Shown here piece by piece: positions 37,690 to 47,640 of a stretch of 64,000 nucleotides of DNA. Source of the stretch: an uncultured virus (IMG/VR IMGVR_UViG_3300045971_000981) (Duplodnaviria > Heunggongvirae > Uroviricota > Caudoviricetes); IMG/VR virus record IMGVR_UViG_3300045971_000981. One strand, written 5' to 3'. Each line of letters starts with the position of its first letter. Positions within the stretch are counted from its first letter, which is position 1. The position numbers and the translations under genes are program-made. The notes below the pieces were generated by a model, which had not been told where the DNA came from, made no database searches, and worked only from the letters and a program-made list of their open reading frames with translations.

Positions 37690-38393
37690 TATTGCTGTCT
37701 CCCGCTTAACATCTCTGCGTTGCCGCGCCGAACCGCGCCGAATGCTGAAAAGCGATCTAAGAAGCGCTCGGTCTCTTCCACCCAGTTATTTTGGCAAGGC
37801 ATGTGGACGATCGCGTTGTTGTATTGTGGGCGATCGCTGCGGATTAGCAATCCATGCTCGGTTTGCAGATGATTCTCTGGGTTACTTTTTTTCAGCGCAA
37901 TGTAGGAATCGTATTTCTCCGTCAGGAAAGCGCCTGTTTGCTTGTCTGTGAATCTGTCGATCAGTTCCTTGGATGTGGCAGAGCAGAAAAACCGCATCCG
38001 CTGTTTTGGGTAGCAGACGTTGAGACTTAGGAATTCTTGGAAGGTCCAGAGTATTGAGGCATTGAACCCCACGAAAATGAGACGATCGGCGCGACGGTGT
38101 TGCCATTCTTCTAGGGCACGTTTCGCCCAAGTCTTAGCGGGCACGTCCCCATCTATCTTGTTGTTGCCTCCCGGCGGGTTGACTAAGACCGATCGTGCTT
38201 CCCAGTATTTCGACAACCCATCGTCTTGTTCCGTGAAAAACCGCTCTGCCTTTATTAGGAGATTGGCGTAGGTGTCACTGGCAGCATCCAGTTCGATACC
38301 GTCAAGTACGTCAGAGATCGCGTCTCGGTATTCCGGCGGGGTGTAGTGAATCGGTGTAGCTGTGGAGTGTGCGAATGTCGCTGAGGTTGTCAC
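37689..38393 (-). CDS. Phage DNA N6-adenine methyltransferase-like
   Basis: HYTPP...IELDAAS...A.RFFT..DDGLS..W...VLVNPPGG. Confidence 0.75.
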   Translation of the reverse strand: MTTSATFAHSTATPIHYTPPEYRDAISDVLDGIELDAASDTYANLLIKAERFFTEQDDGLSKYWEARSVLVNPPGGNNKIDGDVPAKTWAKRALEEWQHRRADRLIFVGFNASILWTFQEFLSLNVCYPKQRMRFFCSATSKELIDRFTDKQTGAFLTEKYDSYIALKKSNPENHLQTEHGLLIRSDRPQYNNAIVHMPCQNNWVEETERFLDRFSAFGAVRRGNAEMLSGRQQ

Positions 38394-38740
38394 GATACCC
38401 TCTCCTTTTCCAGATAGTTGACATAATTCGTAATCGCCGCTGCCCAGAATTGCGACGAGTTGATCGCCTCAATCCGCTTCAGTCCGCTATACCGCGTCCG
38501 ATCGTGCACTGCTTTGGGAATCTCAACCCGCAGAGTCTTGGGCTTGTTTGGGTTTGGTTTTCTGGTGTACGGCTGATCAGACGGATAGATCGGGTCCTGT
38601 CCCAGATACCAGTTTATCGCCGTCACGATGAACTCCTGCGTTCGTCGTTGCCGTTCTCGAAACCCTCCATTAGGGCATCGATTTGCTGCAAGGTTGAACG
38701 CGCACTCCGGCACAGTTATTCTGGTTGTTCCTGGGCGCAT
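38390..38740 (-). CDS. Tandem RHH-like regulator
   Basis: RITVPE and LRVEIPKAVHD beta-alpha patterns; divergent from the HTH gene. Confidence 0.45.
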   Translation of the reverse strand: MRPGTTRITVPECAFNLAANRCPNGGFRERQRRTQEFIVTAINWYLGQDPIYPSDQPYTRKPNPNKPKTLRVEIPKAVHDRTRYSGLKRIEAINSSQFWAAAITNYVNYLEKERVS

Positions 38741-38878
38741 GTCGTATTTTACTGAATTCCAGAAAATCCATCATATCCCAAAAAAGGCAGTCAATCCAAA
38801 GTAACCATAAAGTTTCATCACAGCAAGTCGTGTTAGACTAAGGCTGCTGATTAGAGTATAAAATCCAAAACTAAGTCA

Positions 38879-39664
38879 ATGTCCAAGCTACTGACGATCG
38901 TCCCAGAAAAAATTCAAGGAGCGAGCTCAAACGGAAGGGTGACAGTCACCATTGCCTTCCGCAACGGACTGGAGGCGTATATTGTCGGCGAAGGCGAAGT
39001 TAGTTATGTCAACTTCGATCGCCAAGGAATTGAGCGTTTCGTGCAGCTAGTCCACGCAACCTTGGCGGTGCGCGGCTGGAGTCACGCGGAAATGTGTAGG
39101 CAGTCTGGATTACCGCCCACAACATTTCATCGGATATGCAAGCCGTTCAATCCCAGAAATAAAAGGTTCTTGGAACGCGGGGAGCTTAAGTCTGAGTGGG
39201 TCAAGCTCTTGGCTCCCTATGTCTATCGAGGAGAATTTAAGCCAGACGGAACGATCGAGCTTTCGGTTACTGTCGAATACGCTGATGACGGCTCGGTTCT
39301 GAGAACTGAGGGCACTGTTTATGGTGATGAAGGCTGGTATGATTTAGCGCTGGTGGCATCTACGGGCTTCAAGATAATGAGCAAGCAGGATTCAATCCAG
39401 GGATTCCTGGAGGATTTGATGCGCGATCGGGATCTGGCTGAGGACGATTTAGAAGAAATAGCGGCAGACATCGGACTACCGAAAGGTAGGGCGATCGAAT
39501 TGCTGAATGGCACACCTGTTAGCGATCGTCGGGAAGCGATTAAAATATGGCAGATCCTGCATTACTACATGATTGACGATCAAGCTGCTGCCGTTAACCA
39601 AATTTTAGACCATCCTGAATCGGTGAAATCGATTCAGGATATTTATCGAGCCGCTAGGCTTTAG
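38879..39664 (+). CDS. HTH-containing regulator (two XRE-like segments)
   Basis: GWSHAEMCRQSGLPPTTFHRI; EEIAADIGLPKGRAIELLNG. Confidence 0.6.
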   Translation: MSKLLTIVPEKIQGASSNGRVTVTIAFRNGLEAYIVGEGEVSYVNFDRQGIERFVQLVHATLAVRGWSHAEMCRQSGLPPTTFHRICKPFNPRNKRFLERGELKSEWVKLLAPYVYRGEFKPDGTIELSVTVEYADDGSVLRTEGTVYGDEGWYDLALVASTGFKIMSKQDSIQGFLEDLMRDRDLAEDDLEEIAADIGLPKGRAIELLNGTPVSDRREAIKIWQILHYYMIDDQAAAVNQILDHPESVKSIQDIYRAARL

Positions 39665-40356
39665 CTGGCGATCTCCACGCCCCACGTCAGTCTGTAGTCA
39701 TTGCCCAGCAAAGGTAGGATCTCTATCTTCTGGGCAACAAAATCAACCTTCACTTTTCGCCATTCGCCTGCGATAATCCTGTTGGTGTATGCTTGATAAG
39801 GGTGTTTGCTTAACACCCCTCTCTGCCGCAATTCTCTGTTGAGGTTGAACAGATCCGCCGCATCCCATAATTTGCTCATGTCTCGCCCCTCACCCATGAC
39901 CCACCGAGCATCTCTCCCTGCGGAAATTACTACATTTTTCGAGCAAAGGATCAAATGGTTGGTCGCTATGTCCACGAGTCCGCAAGACCTTTCGTTATCA
40001 TTGATGCGGAGCACCAGATCGACCAGTTCTTGCACTTGAGGATTGGATGGGACACTGACCATAGACAACAACCTCCCGTTGCTGGAAACAGCAACATGTT
40101 CTATCAATCGCTTGCTACGCTTGAGGTTAACACAGCCAACGATCGCTATCAAGAGGTTCATTTGCTCTAGTAGGCTATTAGCAGTGTCTTCATCTGTATC
40201 GAACAACACAATTGACGATAGGCAGTTGATTGCCATGCTGTCAGCGATCGTCCCTAATATAGTCCTAGCTGCTTTATAGATCTCTTCGGCAAAGATGCCG
40301 ATCCTGGAGTTCTTATTATTTCGTTGCATCTGCTGCGAATAGAGTGTGGAGGGCAT
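39661..40356 (-). CDS. Hypothetical protein (PAS-like C-terminus)
   Basis: 231-aa ORF. Confidence 0.5.
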   Translation of the reverse strand: MPSTLYSQQMQRNNKNSRIGIFAEEIYKAARTILGTIADSMAINCLSSIVLFDTDEDTANSLLEQMNLLIAIVGCVNLKRSKRLIEHVAVSSNGRLLSMVSVPSNPQVQELVDLVLRINDNERSCGLVDIATNHLILCSKNVVISAGRDARWVMGEGRDMSKLWDAADLFNLNRELRQRGVLSKHPYQAYTNRIIAGEWRKVKVDFVAQKIEILPLLGNDYRLTWGVEIAS

Positions 40357-40497
40357 CGATTTCAGGAAAAAAGGAAACTCCAGACTATCAATTCCTGAAG
40401 CAAAACATAAGAGTATTTAAGCTGCCTGTTTTGCGACTCAGCTTACTTAAGTGTGCCCTCGGCATGTAACCAAGAGCACACTTAGGCTAGATCACGG

Positions 40498-42018
40498 CTA
40501 GAACGGAATGTAGGCATCGGAAATTATTTGCTTCCACTGCTGCGCGATCGTCGCAGGATCCCTATCTACAAGCATCGGTTCATTCTCGATCCACTCGCAG
40601 AAAAGCTGACTTGTATCTCGATCCAAATCAGCAGCTTTAATATCTGCCCAGTAAAGGCAGAGCGAGTAGATTGCCTCGCATTTGTCTGGGATGTCGCCAG
40701 GGAATTTCGCTGCCTTGTGAATTTTCCGTGCTGTGCTCTCAGGGATTTCTAGTGCTGCCGCTAGTGTGGCTAGCATATTTTTCCCTGCCCCGGTTTTGGC
40801 TAGGGCAGGCTGAGGCTGTAAGGTAGCGGCAGAGACTTCAATCAAGTCTCTGCCGCTTTTCTCGTGGCGCGACATCCCACCCTTGATGACGATAATGCTA
40901 TCGGCAGTGCCCAGTTTGAGTAGAGCTTCACCGATCTCTCCCTCTCCCCTACATAGAACATTGCCGTTCTGAGTGGCAATTTCAGCCCATGTAATACCAA
41001 ATTTCGTGATGATTGGAGGTTTGGAGAAGGTGCCGATCACCATCACTTCAAGAACCGCATCTGCTCTCAGGCTTGTCTGAGCGATCTGCTCGGCAACTGG
41101 CTTGGGTGCTGGTCTGGATGTAGCTACAGACTGGACAGGGCTGGGATACCCACTATCTTCGTCGTAATCACTGTCTGGCTCTTCATCAGCTTGCCCATCA
41201 TGTTTTCCGAAGCCTACCGAATCATCAAAGGCTGGTCTGACGTACTTTTGCCCATCCTTAGAATCTTCGTCAAACAAGAAATTGGTTAGGGTTTCGATCG
41301 TTGGGGCATCATGCCCTACAGCTACACAGGCATTATTACTTCTGCCGCTAGACCCGCGCTCCTCGCATGTTAGATGCGGACTGAAAATCCACCATGCATG
41401 GTTTTCTTCTCCACGATCGGGAACCACTTCGCCCACTGACGCGGGTTTTTCTCCATCAAGCTGACTGAAAATGTTGTCGATTTCCCAATAAAAGCCAGAC
41501 ACATAGCCTCGCTTCTGCCTGTCCCATTTGTGGAGTTCGTCACCAATCCCGCCAGCGATCGCGCCTCCCAGTCTTAGTTGCAGCGGCTTCTTGTGCAAAA
41601 GATTGCCATCTCCACTTACAAAAAAGACGAGATTCTTGCTGAAAACTGAAAAGCCTTCTCGATTTTCGATGTACTCTTGGTAGCGCGGGTTTCCCTTCAG
41701 GAACCCAGCATCTTTCCCAGATGCTCGATCTTTAAGCTGTAGCCCGCCCCGGCGCAGGAATAAAATATGGGGATGTTCTGTCACCCAGACAGACTCTTCC
41801 TTGCCACTTCCTTTGAAAGAGTATCTGTGTTCGCTCCAGTCACTACTTATGGCTTGATCATGGTCGAATTCGATGTCTTCACGGAATCGACTGGGGACGC
41901 AAAATCCCCACGGCAAAAATTGAGTTCCAGAGACACGCGGGTTGAGAACTTGGGCGAATGGGCGCGTAACGTCTTCCTTCTTGTAATTCTTTTCTCTAAA
42001 CCGAGCAAGCTTATCCAT
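40498..42018 (-). CDS. DUF5895-like cyanobacterial mobile-element protein
   Basis: FAQVLNPR...WGFCVP...LLHKKPLQLRLGG pattern recalled; RBS GAGG. Confidence 0.5.
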   Translation of the reverse strand: MDKLARFREKNYKKEDVTRPFAQVLNPRVSGTQFLPWGFCVPSRFREDIEFDHDQAISSDWSEHRYSFKGSGKEESVWVTEHPHILFLRRGGLQLKDRASGKDAGFLKGNPRYQEYIENREGFSVFSKNLVFFVSGDGNLLHKKPLQLRLGGAIAGGIGDELHKWDRQKRGYVSGFYWEIDNIFSQLDGEKPASVGEVVPDRGEENHAWWIFSPHLTCEERGSSGRSNNACVAVGHDAPTIETLTNFLFDEDSKDGQKYVRPAFDDSVGFGKHDGQADEEPDSDYDEDSGYPSPVQSVATSRPAPKPVAEQIAQTSLRADAVLEVMVIGTFSKPPIITKFGITWAEIATQNGNVLCRGEGEIGEALLKLGTADSIIVIKGGMSRHEKSGRDLIEVSAATLQPQPALAKTGAGKNMLATLAAALEIPESTARKIHKAAKFPGDIPDKCEAIYSLCLYWADIKAADLDRDTSQLFCEWIENEPMLVDRDPATIAQQWKQIISDAYIPF

Positions 42019-42082
42019 GTTGATTACCTCGTTGATTACTTAGTGATGTTGTCGGGAGTTGGCGCGATCGAGAATCTAATGG

Positions 42083-42697
42083 CTAATCAAAATCCTTGAA
42101 TTTAAGCTTAGTGATCACCCGCTTGCCATCGCGGGTCTGAAGTTCAATCATGGGTCGTAGAACTACACCCTCGTTTCTGGCTCCTTGATGTAAAAGAGAA
42201 TCCTTAAACTCTCCAGACGAGATTGCTTCTACCCATTGCACTAGAGTCATGCACTCCAGAAGCGGACACACAGGAATATCGAGCTTAATGGCAATGTCTA
42301 AAACAGTGTCCCTTGGTTGAAAATTCCCAGAGATCATTACATCAAACAAAGCAAAGGATTGACCGTTGCTTATATAGTGTCCACCTGATTGAATTTTCGC
42401 GCCGTACCCCTCACCATAAAGGATGATGTCGGCGGGCAGGTCAGAGGTTACCAGCTTCGCTCTCACTGTTTCCAGGTGTGAATACAGCCCTTGATGAATC
42501 TGTGCATTGTCAGTTTTACCTGCAATCAAACTATTCATGTACAGACGAATGTTAGTCCCGTCCACCTTCTCTGTCCCTACCCAATGGTTATGGGCTAGAT
42601 AACCAAATTCCGGCATCGAATAATCCCGCATCAGGAACCGCTTGCTATTAGTCGCAGGGTCACGCTTGAAGACGCTTTGAATCTTGTGATATTCCAT
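42083..42697 (-). CDS. RNA ligase family nucleotidyltransferase
   Basis: Motif I TEKVDGTN, LYGEGYG, FALFDV, EGVVLRP, TKLK. Confidence 0.85.
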   Translation of the reverse strand: MEYHKIQSVFKRDPATNSKRFLMRDYSMPEFGYLAHNHWVGTEKVDGTNIRLYMNSLIAGKTDNAQIHQGLYSHLETVRAKLVTSDLPADIILYGEGYGAKIQSGGHYISNGQSFALFDVMISGNFQPRDTVLDIAIKLDIPVCPLLECMTLVQWVEAISSGEFKDSLLHQGARNEGVVLRPMIELQTRDGKRVITKLKFKDFD

Positions 42698-42705
42698 GAT
42701 TACGC

Positions 42706-43245
42706 CTATTCTCCCTTAACATCTCGACGTGCAATGCTGTCTGCGGTGCTGAACTTCTCTGGATAGCGTTCCTTCAGTCGGAGAATGTTTATTTCAAGCG
42801 CAGTCCCGAACGACAGGAATGCGCGGTGCAGCAGCATGGCGTTGTACCAAGAAACATCCCCAGACTCCTTCAGTATCTTCTGATCCGAGGATTCTGGATC
42901 TAGAATCGCTTCGACTAATTCGCCAGACTCTCCTAAGAGTCCAATACTGTTCCAGAGGTTGGAGACGCGATCTCCATCTTGACAAGGCTCTGAAGATTGC
43001 TGAATACCGTGCATTGAGAGGTCAGATCTCGCGGTGTCGATGTCTGACATGCAACTCTGGATTTTGTTATAGGCTAGACCATGCTTGTGCAAAATCCCCT
43101 TCTTGACAAGTTCGCACAGCCTAGCGGTTGCCAGAGCTAGGGCAACAGTGCGCTCAACCATTTCAATCTCGGTTACCGTGAATTCCTGCGTAGCAGTATC
43201 CGAAAGGGTTCGCGCTGCTTGTACCTGATACTCGTCTCCGTTCAT
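42706..43245 (-). CDS. MazG-like nucleotide pyrophosphohydrolase
   Basis: EYQ..A.RT...GLLGESGELVE...KESGDVSWY...NI.RL.ERYP. Confidence 0.8.
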   Translation of the reverse strand: MNGDEYQVQAARTLSDTATQEFTVTEIEMVERTVALALATARLCELVKKGILHKHGLAYNKIQSCMSDIDTARSDLSMHGIQQSSEPCQDGDRVSNLWNSIGLLGESGELVEAILDPESSDQKILKESGDVSWYNAMLLHRAFLSFGTALEINILRLKERYPEKFSTADSIARRDVKGE

Positions 43246-43547
43246 GGGGTTAGCTCCTGTGCTTGTAATTTGTCTGACGGTGATGGCAGGATGAACAGGG
43301 ATACTGGGGTCAGGTAGTCTGGGATTGCCTTGAAAGCGATTTCTTTCCCCTGTTTTTGATGGCTAACAAACATCAATTGTCCCTCCATCCGTACCACGAG
43401 ATCAACGCGCTCAATCCCTGTGCGGGTATCTTTGCTGAGTAAGCAAAAGAAGACGAGAGCCTTGCCGGGTTTGTTTTCCAGCACTCTAGACGGGCTGTAG
43501 GTCTTACCGTTTTCGTCAAGTTGCTGCCATTGGCATATTGCTAGCAT
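43242..43547 (-). CDS. Hypothetical protein
   Basis: ORF with RBS. Confidence 0.55.
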   Translation of the reverse strand: MLAICQWQQLDENGKTYSPSRVLENKPGKALVFFCLLSKDTRTGIERVDLVVRMEGQLMFVSHQKQGKEIAFKAIPDYLTPVSLFILPSPSDKLQAQELTP

Positions 43548-43558
43548 GAGATCGCCTC

Positions 43559-43774
43559 CTAAAGGTTTTTCAGTTTTCCTAGATACTTCAGGGAGTTGTC
43601 GTCCTGTTTGCGGTAGACACTCCAGTCCCCATACTCTCGCATCACGCGCTCACCTGCTCCCCATCCCTGCTCCCACACTGACGACTTGAAGGACGCGATC
43701 GCGTCCTTCAAGTCGTCCCCACGATCGCATTTGACTTGGGAGAACAGCGGGTCTATTAGAACGATTTCAAACAT
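43559..43774 (-). CDS. Small hypothetical protein
   Basis: ORF with RBS GGAGG. Confidence 0.5.
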   Translation of the reverse strand: MFEIVLIDPLFSQVKCDRGDDLKDAIASFKSSVWEQGWGAGERVMREYGDWSVYRKQDDNSLKYLGKLKNL

Positions 43775-43794
43775 TAAGCCTCCGACTCTGTGAG

Positions 43795-46700
43795 CTACAC
43801 ATCATCCCCGACCACGATTTCCTTCGCTGCTTCTTCCGCAGCGTTAACCCCCAAGTCCTTCTCCAGGCAGATCACCTGTTCTTCTAAAATTGTACGCTGA
43901 GAATAAAGATCGTGCAATCGCGCTTCTCTATCCACGATCAATCGCTGGGAGTTGTCAATCTCTGCCTGGACAGTGCGAATGCGCTCCTGAAAGCGATCGC
44001 GCTCAGTAAATGCCTCCTCCAGTGCCTTCTTCAGGCGATCCTCCGCCACAAACTTGGCAACATCTTGGATCAGCCTGACCTCATAACGTCCGTGGATAGC
44101 AATGCCATTTCCTGAGCGATGCGACTCATTATGAATCCTAGGAGAAATCAAGTGGAGCCTAAACAGGGAACCGCTACTTTGCTGGTAAGCTATGAGTCGG
44201 AACCCAGCGTAAGCCCCGATCTCCACGGCTTGCCCATGAGGACCTTCCTCAGCTATTTGGATGCGAATCTCATGGAGCTTCCGCACTGCTTCAACATAGG
44301 CTTCAGCATAGCCAGTGTAGACCTCATCCAAGATGGTTACCTGGAAGTTGTCACCGGAACAATGGGGTAGTGCCTGCTGGATAGGCTCTACGTCTTGCAT
44401 CACCAGATCTAGGTCAGCGATCGCCCCTCGCAGTTGGTACTGCTTGAATTCGCCGCTATCTCGCTGGAACGACCTCAACTCATTCCTGGTGGAAATAATC
44501 GAGTTGTCGCATACCTCTAGGTTCGTGCGGGCATTCACCAAGTCGATATAGCGAATATCCCCCGTGGCGATCGCCATCAGCGCAGCGTAGTTTGCCGCTG
44601 GGTTGCCATCTTCCGACTCGTTGTAGGTGCGAGTTCGCATATCTGGAGACAAGATGCTATTGCACATCTTCGCCTTGCGCGTCATGTGATCCAACATGAA
44701 GGCATCGAAGGAAATTGTCCCCCCAACCCCCGTGGTTAGATAGCGGAACAGCATGACCCGCTTGTGCTTGTTGCCGTACCGCTTCATCCGTCCATTGCCC
44801 TGCTTATCGATATCCGGTCGCCATTGCGGCTGAATACGATGCACGGCAAATAGCCTGTCCTGAATGTTCACCCCAATCCCGCCTTTGGAGGATGACGTAA
44901 TGAACACGGAAGCCTCCCCGCTCCGCATTTTCTGATGTTGGAGCGTTGTCTGCTCAGAAGTCTTAGCTTCCTGGGCGAACAAGATCTCGTGCTTGGGCAT
45001 CCCCATCGCCACCAGCTTGTCCCGGATGTCTCGGTAGAGATTGAACTGGGAGCCACCGTCGGTTCCTAAGTCTAGGAACACAGCTTGGGTTGCCCGCTCC
45101 ACGGCGATACCACGTCGCACTAACACACAGTCGCTAGTGCGGGTTGCCTTCCAGATCCGAAAGATCCGGCGTACAGCTTGGTTCAGCTTGCTCTTGGGGT
45201 GGTCAATCCCTAACGGGTCATAGAGTCGGTAGTCGAGCGCCCCCCATTGCCCGTGGGTTGAGATCAGCAGGTAATTGTCGTATTTCAGCTTTTGCTTCCC
45301 GGTTTCCGGGTCGATGACTGGGTTGCCCTTGTCGTCGAATGCCAGCCAGGTCTCTGGGCAGTTGCGCTGGAAATTCTCGGTTCGTTTCTGGATGTCCTTG
45401 ATCAGGGCGACCTGTGCGTCATGCATCTCTGCTTTGGCCACGTAGGTTTTCATTTCCGGCTCTGGTAGCCCAACTTCCGCCGCTGTGCGAATGTCGGCAA
45501 CATAGCGGAGCATAGCCTTCAACTCTGGGACGTTCTGCACATCCCGCAACCGCACCGTTGACTTCAGATCCCCCGTTGGTTTCACCTCCGCCGTTTGGCT
45601 GATCACCCCAAATTGGGCGATGAAGTCGTCGGCGTATTCCAGCAGCATGGAGATTGAATCCATGTGCAGGTTGCCCATGTCTCGTTTTGCCTGGGGCAAC
45701 CAGCCGTAAAGCCGCCGCAGGATCACAAGAATTTCGATGAAACTATTATTGATTGGCGTGGCAGTAGCCATGACGCAGCATTTCAGCCCGTAGGTGTCCA
45801 TTGCCCACGCCAGTTTCATGTCTAAGTCCAGAGCGATGTCGCTGTGGTCGCTGGGCAGACCAGCCACCTGTTTCAGCTTGGTATGGCACGGCGTTTTCTT
45901 GTAGCAATGCGCCTCATCCAAGATAAACAGCGGATTGGTGCAAATATCCTCCATGTAGATGGGTAGATCCCGCGCTGCCTCGCTGCGTTCAAGCAGGTCT
46001 AGGAAACGGTTCTTTTTGCGCTCTAGTTCCTTCAACTCACGGGTCGATTTCTTGGGCTTCCTAGCTCCAAAGTTCATGACTGCCAGTGCTCTTTCTGCTT
46101 CTGCAATATCCGCCTCCACCTCTGCCAGCAGATTGTCAACCATGCGCTTCACAGTGTCCGGGTGCAGACTGATCCGCTTGAACTGCTCATGGGACATGAT
46201 TACGAGATCGTAATTGCCCGTTGCCATTTGCGCCAGAAAAACAGGCGCATTTTCTGCGCTAAAGTCATCGTCTTTGGGCGAGAGGATCTGAATTCCGGGG
46301 TAGGCAGACTGGGCAAGGGAGACGGCATCGCCGATCGTGCTCTTCTGCACCACATAAATCGGGTTAACCGCCGGATTGATTTGACGAGACTTGATGGCGA
46401 TCGTGATACACGCGATCATCTTGCCCAAGCCCGTGTCCCAAGCTAGAAGGAAATTGTAGGGACAGGTCAGCGCCCCATAGATCCCGTTGAGTTGGTAGGG
46501 GCGAGACATGACCCGCTCTTGCCATAGTGTGTCCATCCCCGGCAGGGTTAGCCCGCTGCCATCCCATTCAGTAAGCCGCAGGTTATTGAACAGGCTGTTG
46601 TAGCGGGTAACTACCTCTTCTTCATAGCGTTCCTCTAGGAACGATCGGAACAGGTTACGTAACTCCGTCTGTTTCTGTCTGGCTGCTGCGGTGAGAGCAG

Positions 46701-47166
46701 CGTCTAGCAGTAATTGCCCGTCAATTTCACTACGGCGCTTGATCGTGGGCACTTCCAAGTTCAGCGCCATTTTTACCAGGTCGAACGCTGTCAGCATTTT
46801 CTGCTGAAAGTTGCCAGTGCTGGAGTAGGTGCCCCACATCAAGCCATATTCCTGGGTCACTTTTATCGTGTCCCTAGCCGACCTGACATCCAGATTCCAG
46901 AGGTTAGTGGGGCGATCGTACGTGCTCTTGACTGCGGCATCCAGCGCGTAATAGAAGAAATTGTCCAGCCAGTCGCAATCAATCCAGGGTTGCCCAAAAT
47001 TGATAGAGATCTCGCTGAACGACAATCGCTGCGGTAGCGCTGCTTCGAGTGCGGCTACGTTGACTGCAAAGGATGGGTCAGTTTCTGCTGCGGATTTCGC
47101 GGCAGCAAGTTTCGCCACTACGTCCCCAGAGGTGTAGCGATCGCGGGCAACAAGTGTTTGTGGCAT
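43795..47166 (-). CDS. SNF2/SF2 helicase, C-terminal part of a DarB-like methylase-helicase
   Basis: YTSGDVVAKL..NV.ALE..LP..L...EI...GQPWI, RPYQ, DTGLGKM, LDEAH, ATATPINNS, GIGVNIQDRL, QGNGR. Confidence 0.85.
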   Translation of the reverse strand: MPQTLVARDRYTSGDVVAKLAAAKSAAETDPSFAVNVAALEAALPQRLSFSEISINFGQPWIDCDWLDNFFYYALDAAVKSTYDRPTNLWNLDVRSARDTIKVTQEYGLMWGTYSSTGNFQQKMLTAFDLVKMALNLEVPTIKRRSEIDGQLLLDAALTAAARQKQTELRNLFRSFLEERYEEEVVTRYNSLFNNLRLTEWDGSGLTLPGMDTLWQERVMSRPYQLNGIYGALTCPYNFLLAWDTGLGKMIACITIAIKSRQINPAVNPIYVVQKSTIGDAVSLAQSAYPGIQILSPKDDDFSAENAPVFLAQMATGNYDLVIMSHEQFKRISLHPDTVKRMVDNLLAEVEADIAEAERALAVMNFGARKPKKSTRELKELERKKNRFLDLLERSEAARDLPIYMEDICTNPLFILDEAHCYKKTPCHTKLKQVAGLPSDHSDIALDLDMKLAWAMDTYGLKCCVMATATPINNSFIEILVILRRLYGWLPQAKRDMGNLHMDSISMLLEYADDFIAQFGVISQTAEVKPTGDLKSTVRLRDVQNVPELKAMLRYVADIRTAAEVGLPEPEMKTYVAKAEMHDAQVALIKDIQKRTENFQRNCPETWLAFDDKGNPVIDPETGKQKLKYDNYLLISTHGQWGALDYRLYDPLGIDHPKSKLNQAVRRIFRIWKATRTSDCVLVRRGIAVERATQAVFLDLGTDGGSQFNLYRDIRDKLVAMGMPKHEILFAQEAKTSEQTTLQHQKMRSGEASVFITSSSKGGIGVNIQDRLFAVHRIQPQWRPDIDKQGNGRMKRYGNKHKRVMLFRYLTTGVGGTISFDAFMLDHMTRKAKMCNSILSPDMRTRTYNESEDGNPAANYAALMAIATGDIRYIDLVNARTNLEVCDNSIISTRNELRSFQRDSGEFKQYQLRGAIADLDLVMQDVEPIQQALPHCSGDNFQVTILDEVYTGYAEAYVEAVRKLHEIRIQIAEEGPHGQAVEIGAYAGFRLIAYQQSSGSLFRLHLISPRIHNESHRSGNGIAIHGRYEVRLIQDVAKFVAEDRLKKALEEAFTERDRFQERIRTVQAEIDNSQRLIVDREARLHDLYSQRTILEEQVICLEKDLGVNAAEEAAKEIVVGDDV

Positions 47167-47344
47167 GGTTCTGTTTTTAGTAGGATGGCTGAAGAATTTA
47201 GTTCAGACTGGCTAAGCCTTTTTTGGAAGCACAATCGCTCACGCAGCGCAAGCTAGCTCATCATCGAACAAGCTGTTGATGGAAGGAATGTCGATTTGAT
47301 TGGGCATGGACGCTTCGCTCCAGTAAATTCGTGGATCTGTGATT

Positions 47345-47551
47345 TCAGTCTTCATGGGCAACTTCAACAAATACATCATCGCCTTCAAATTTATAAGGAA
47401 CCAGGATGTATCCTGCATCTAGCATTTCTTCCATTGTTTCGTCGTCGCATTTGTAAAATGCTTCACATGCATGATTACCGAATTGATCACAAACCCATAG
47501 CAAACCATCGTCATCTTTTTCGATTGTTGTTCCTTCAAAATTGTTAAGCAT
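47345..47551 (-). CDS. Small acidic protein
   Basis: ORF with RBS GGAG. Confidence 0.5.
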   Translation of the reverse strand: MLNNFEGTTIEKDDDGLLWVCDQFGNHACEAFYKCDDETMEEMLDAGYILVPYKFEGDDVFVEVAHED

Positions 47552-47640
47552 ATTAACTCCTGTAGGGCTTAGTTAGGTTCATGATTCAACTGTATCGGCA
47601 TGGAATTCTAGATCGTGTACGTTCTCCGATTCTAACACGA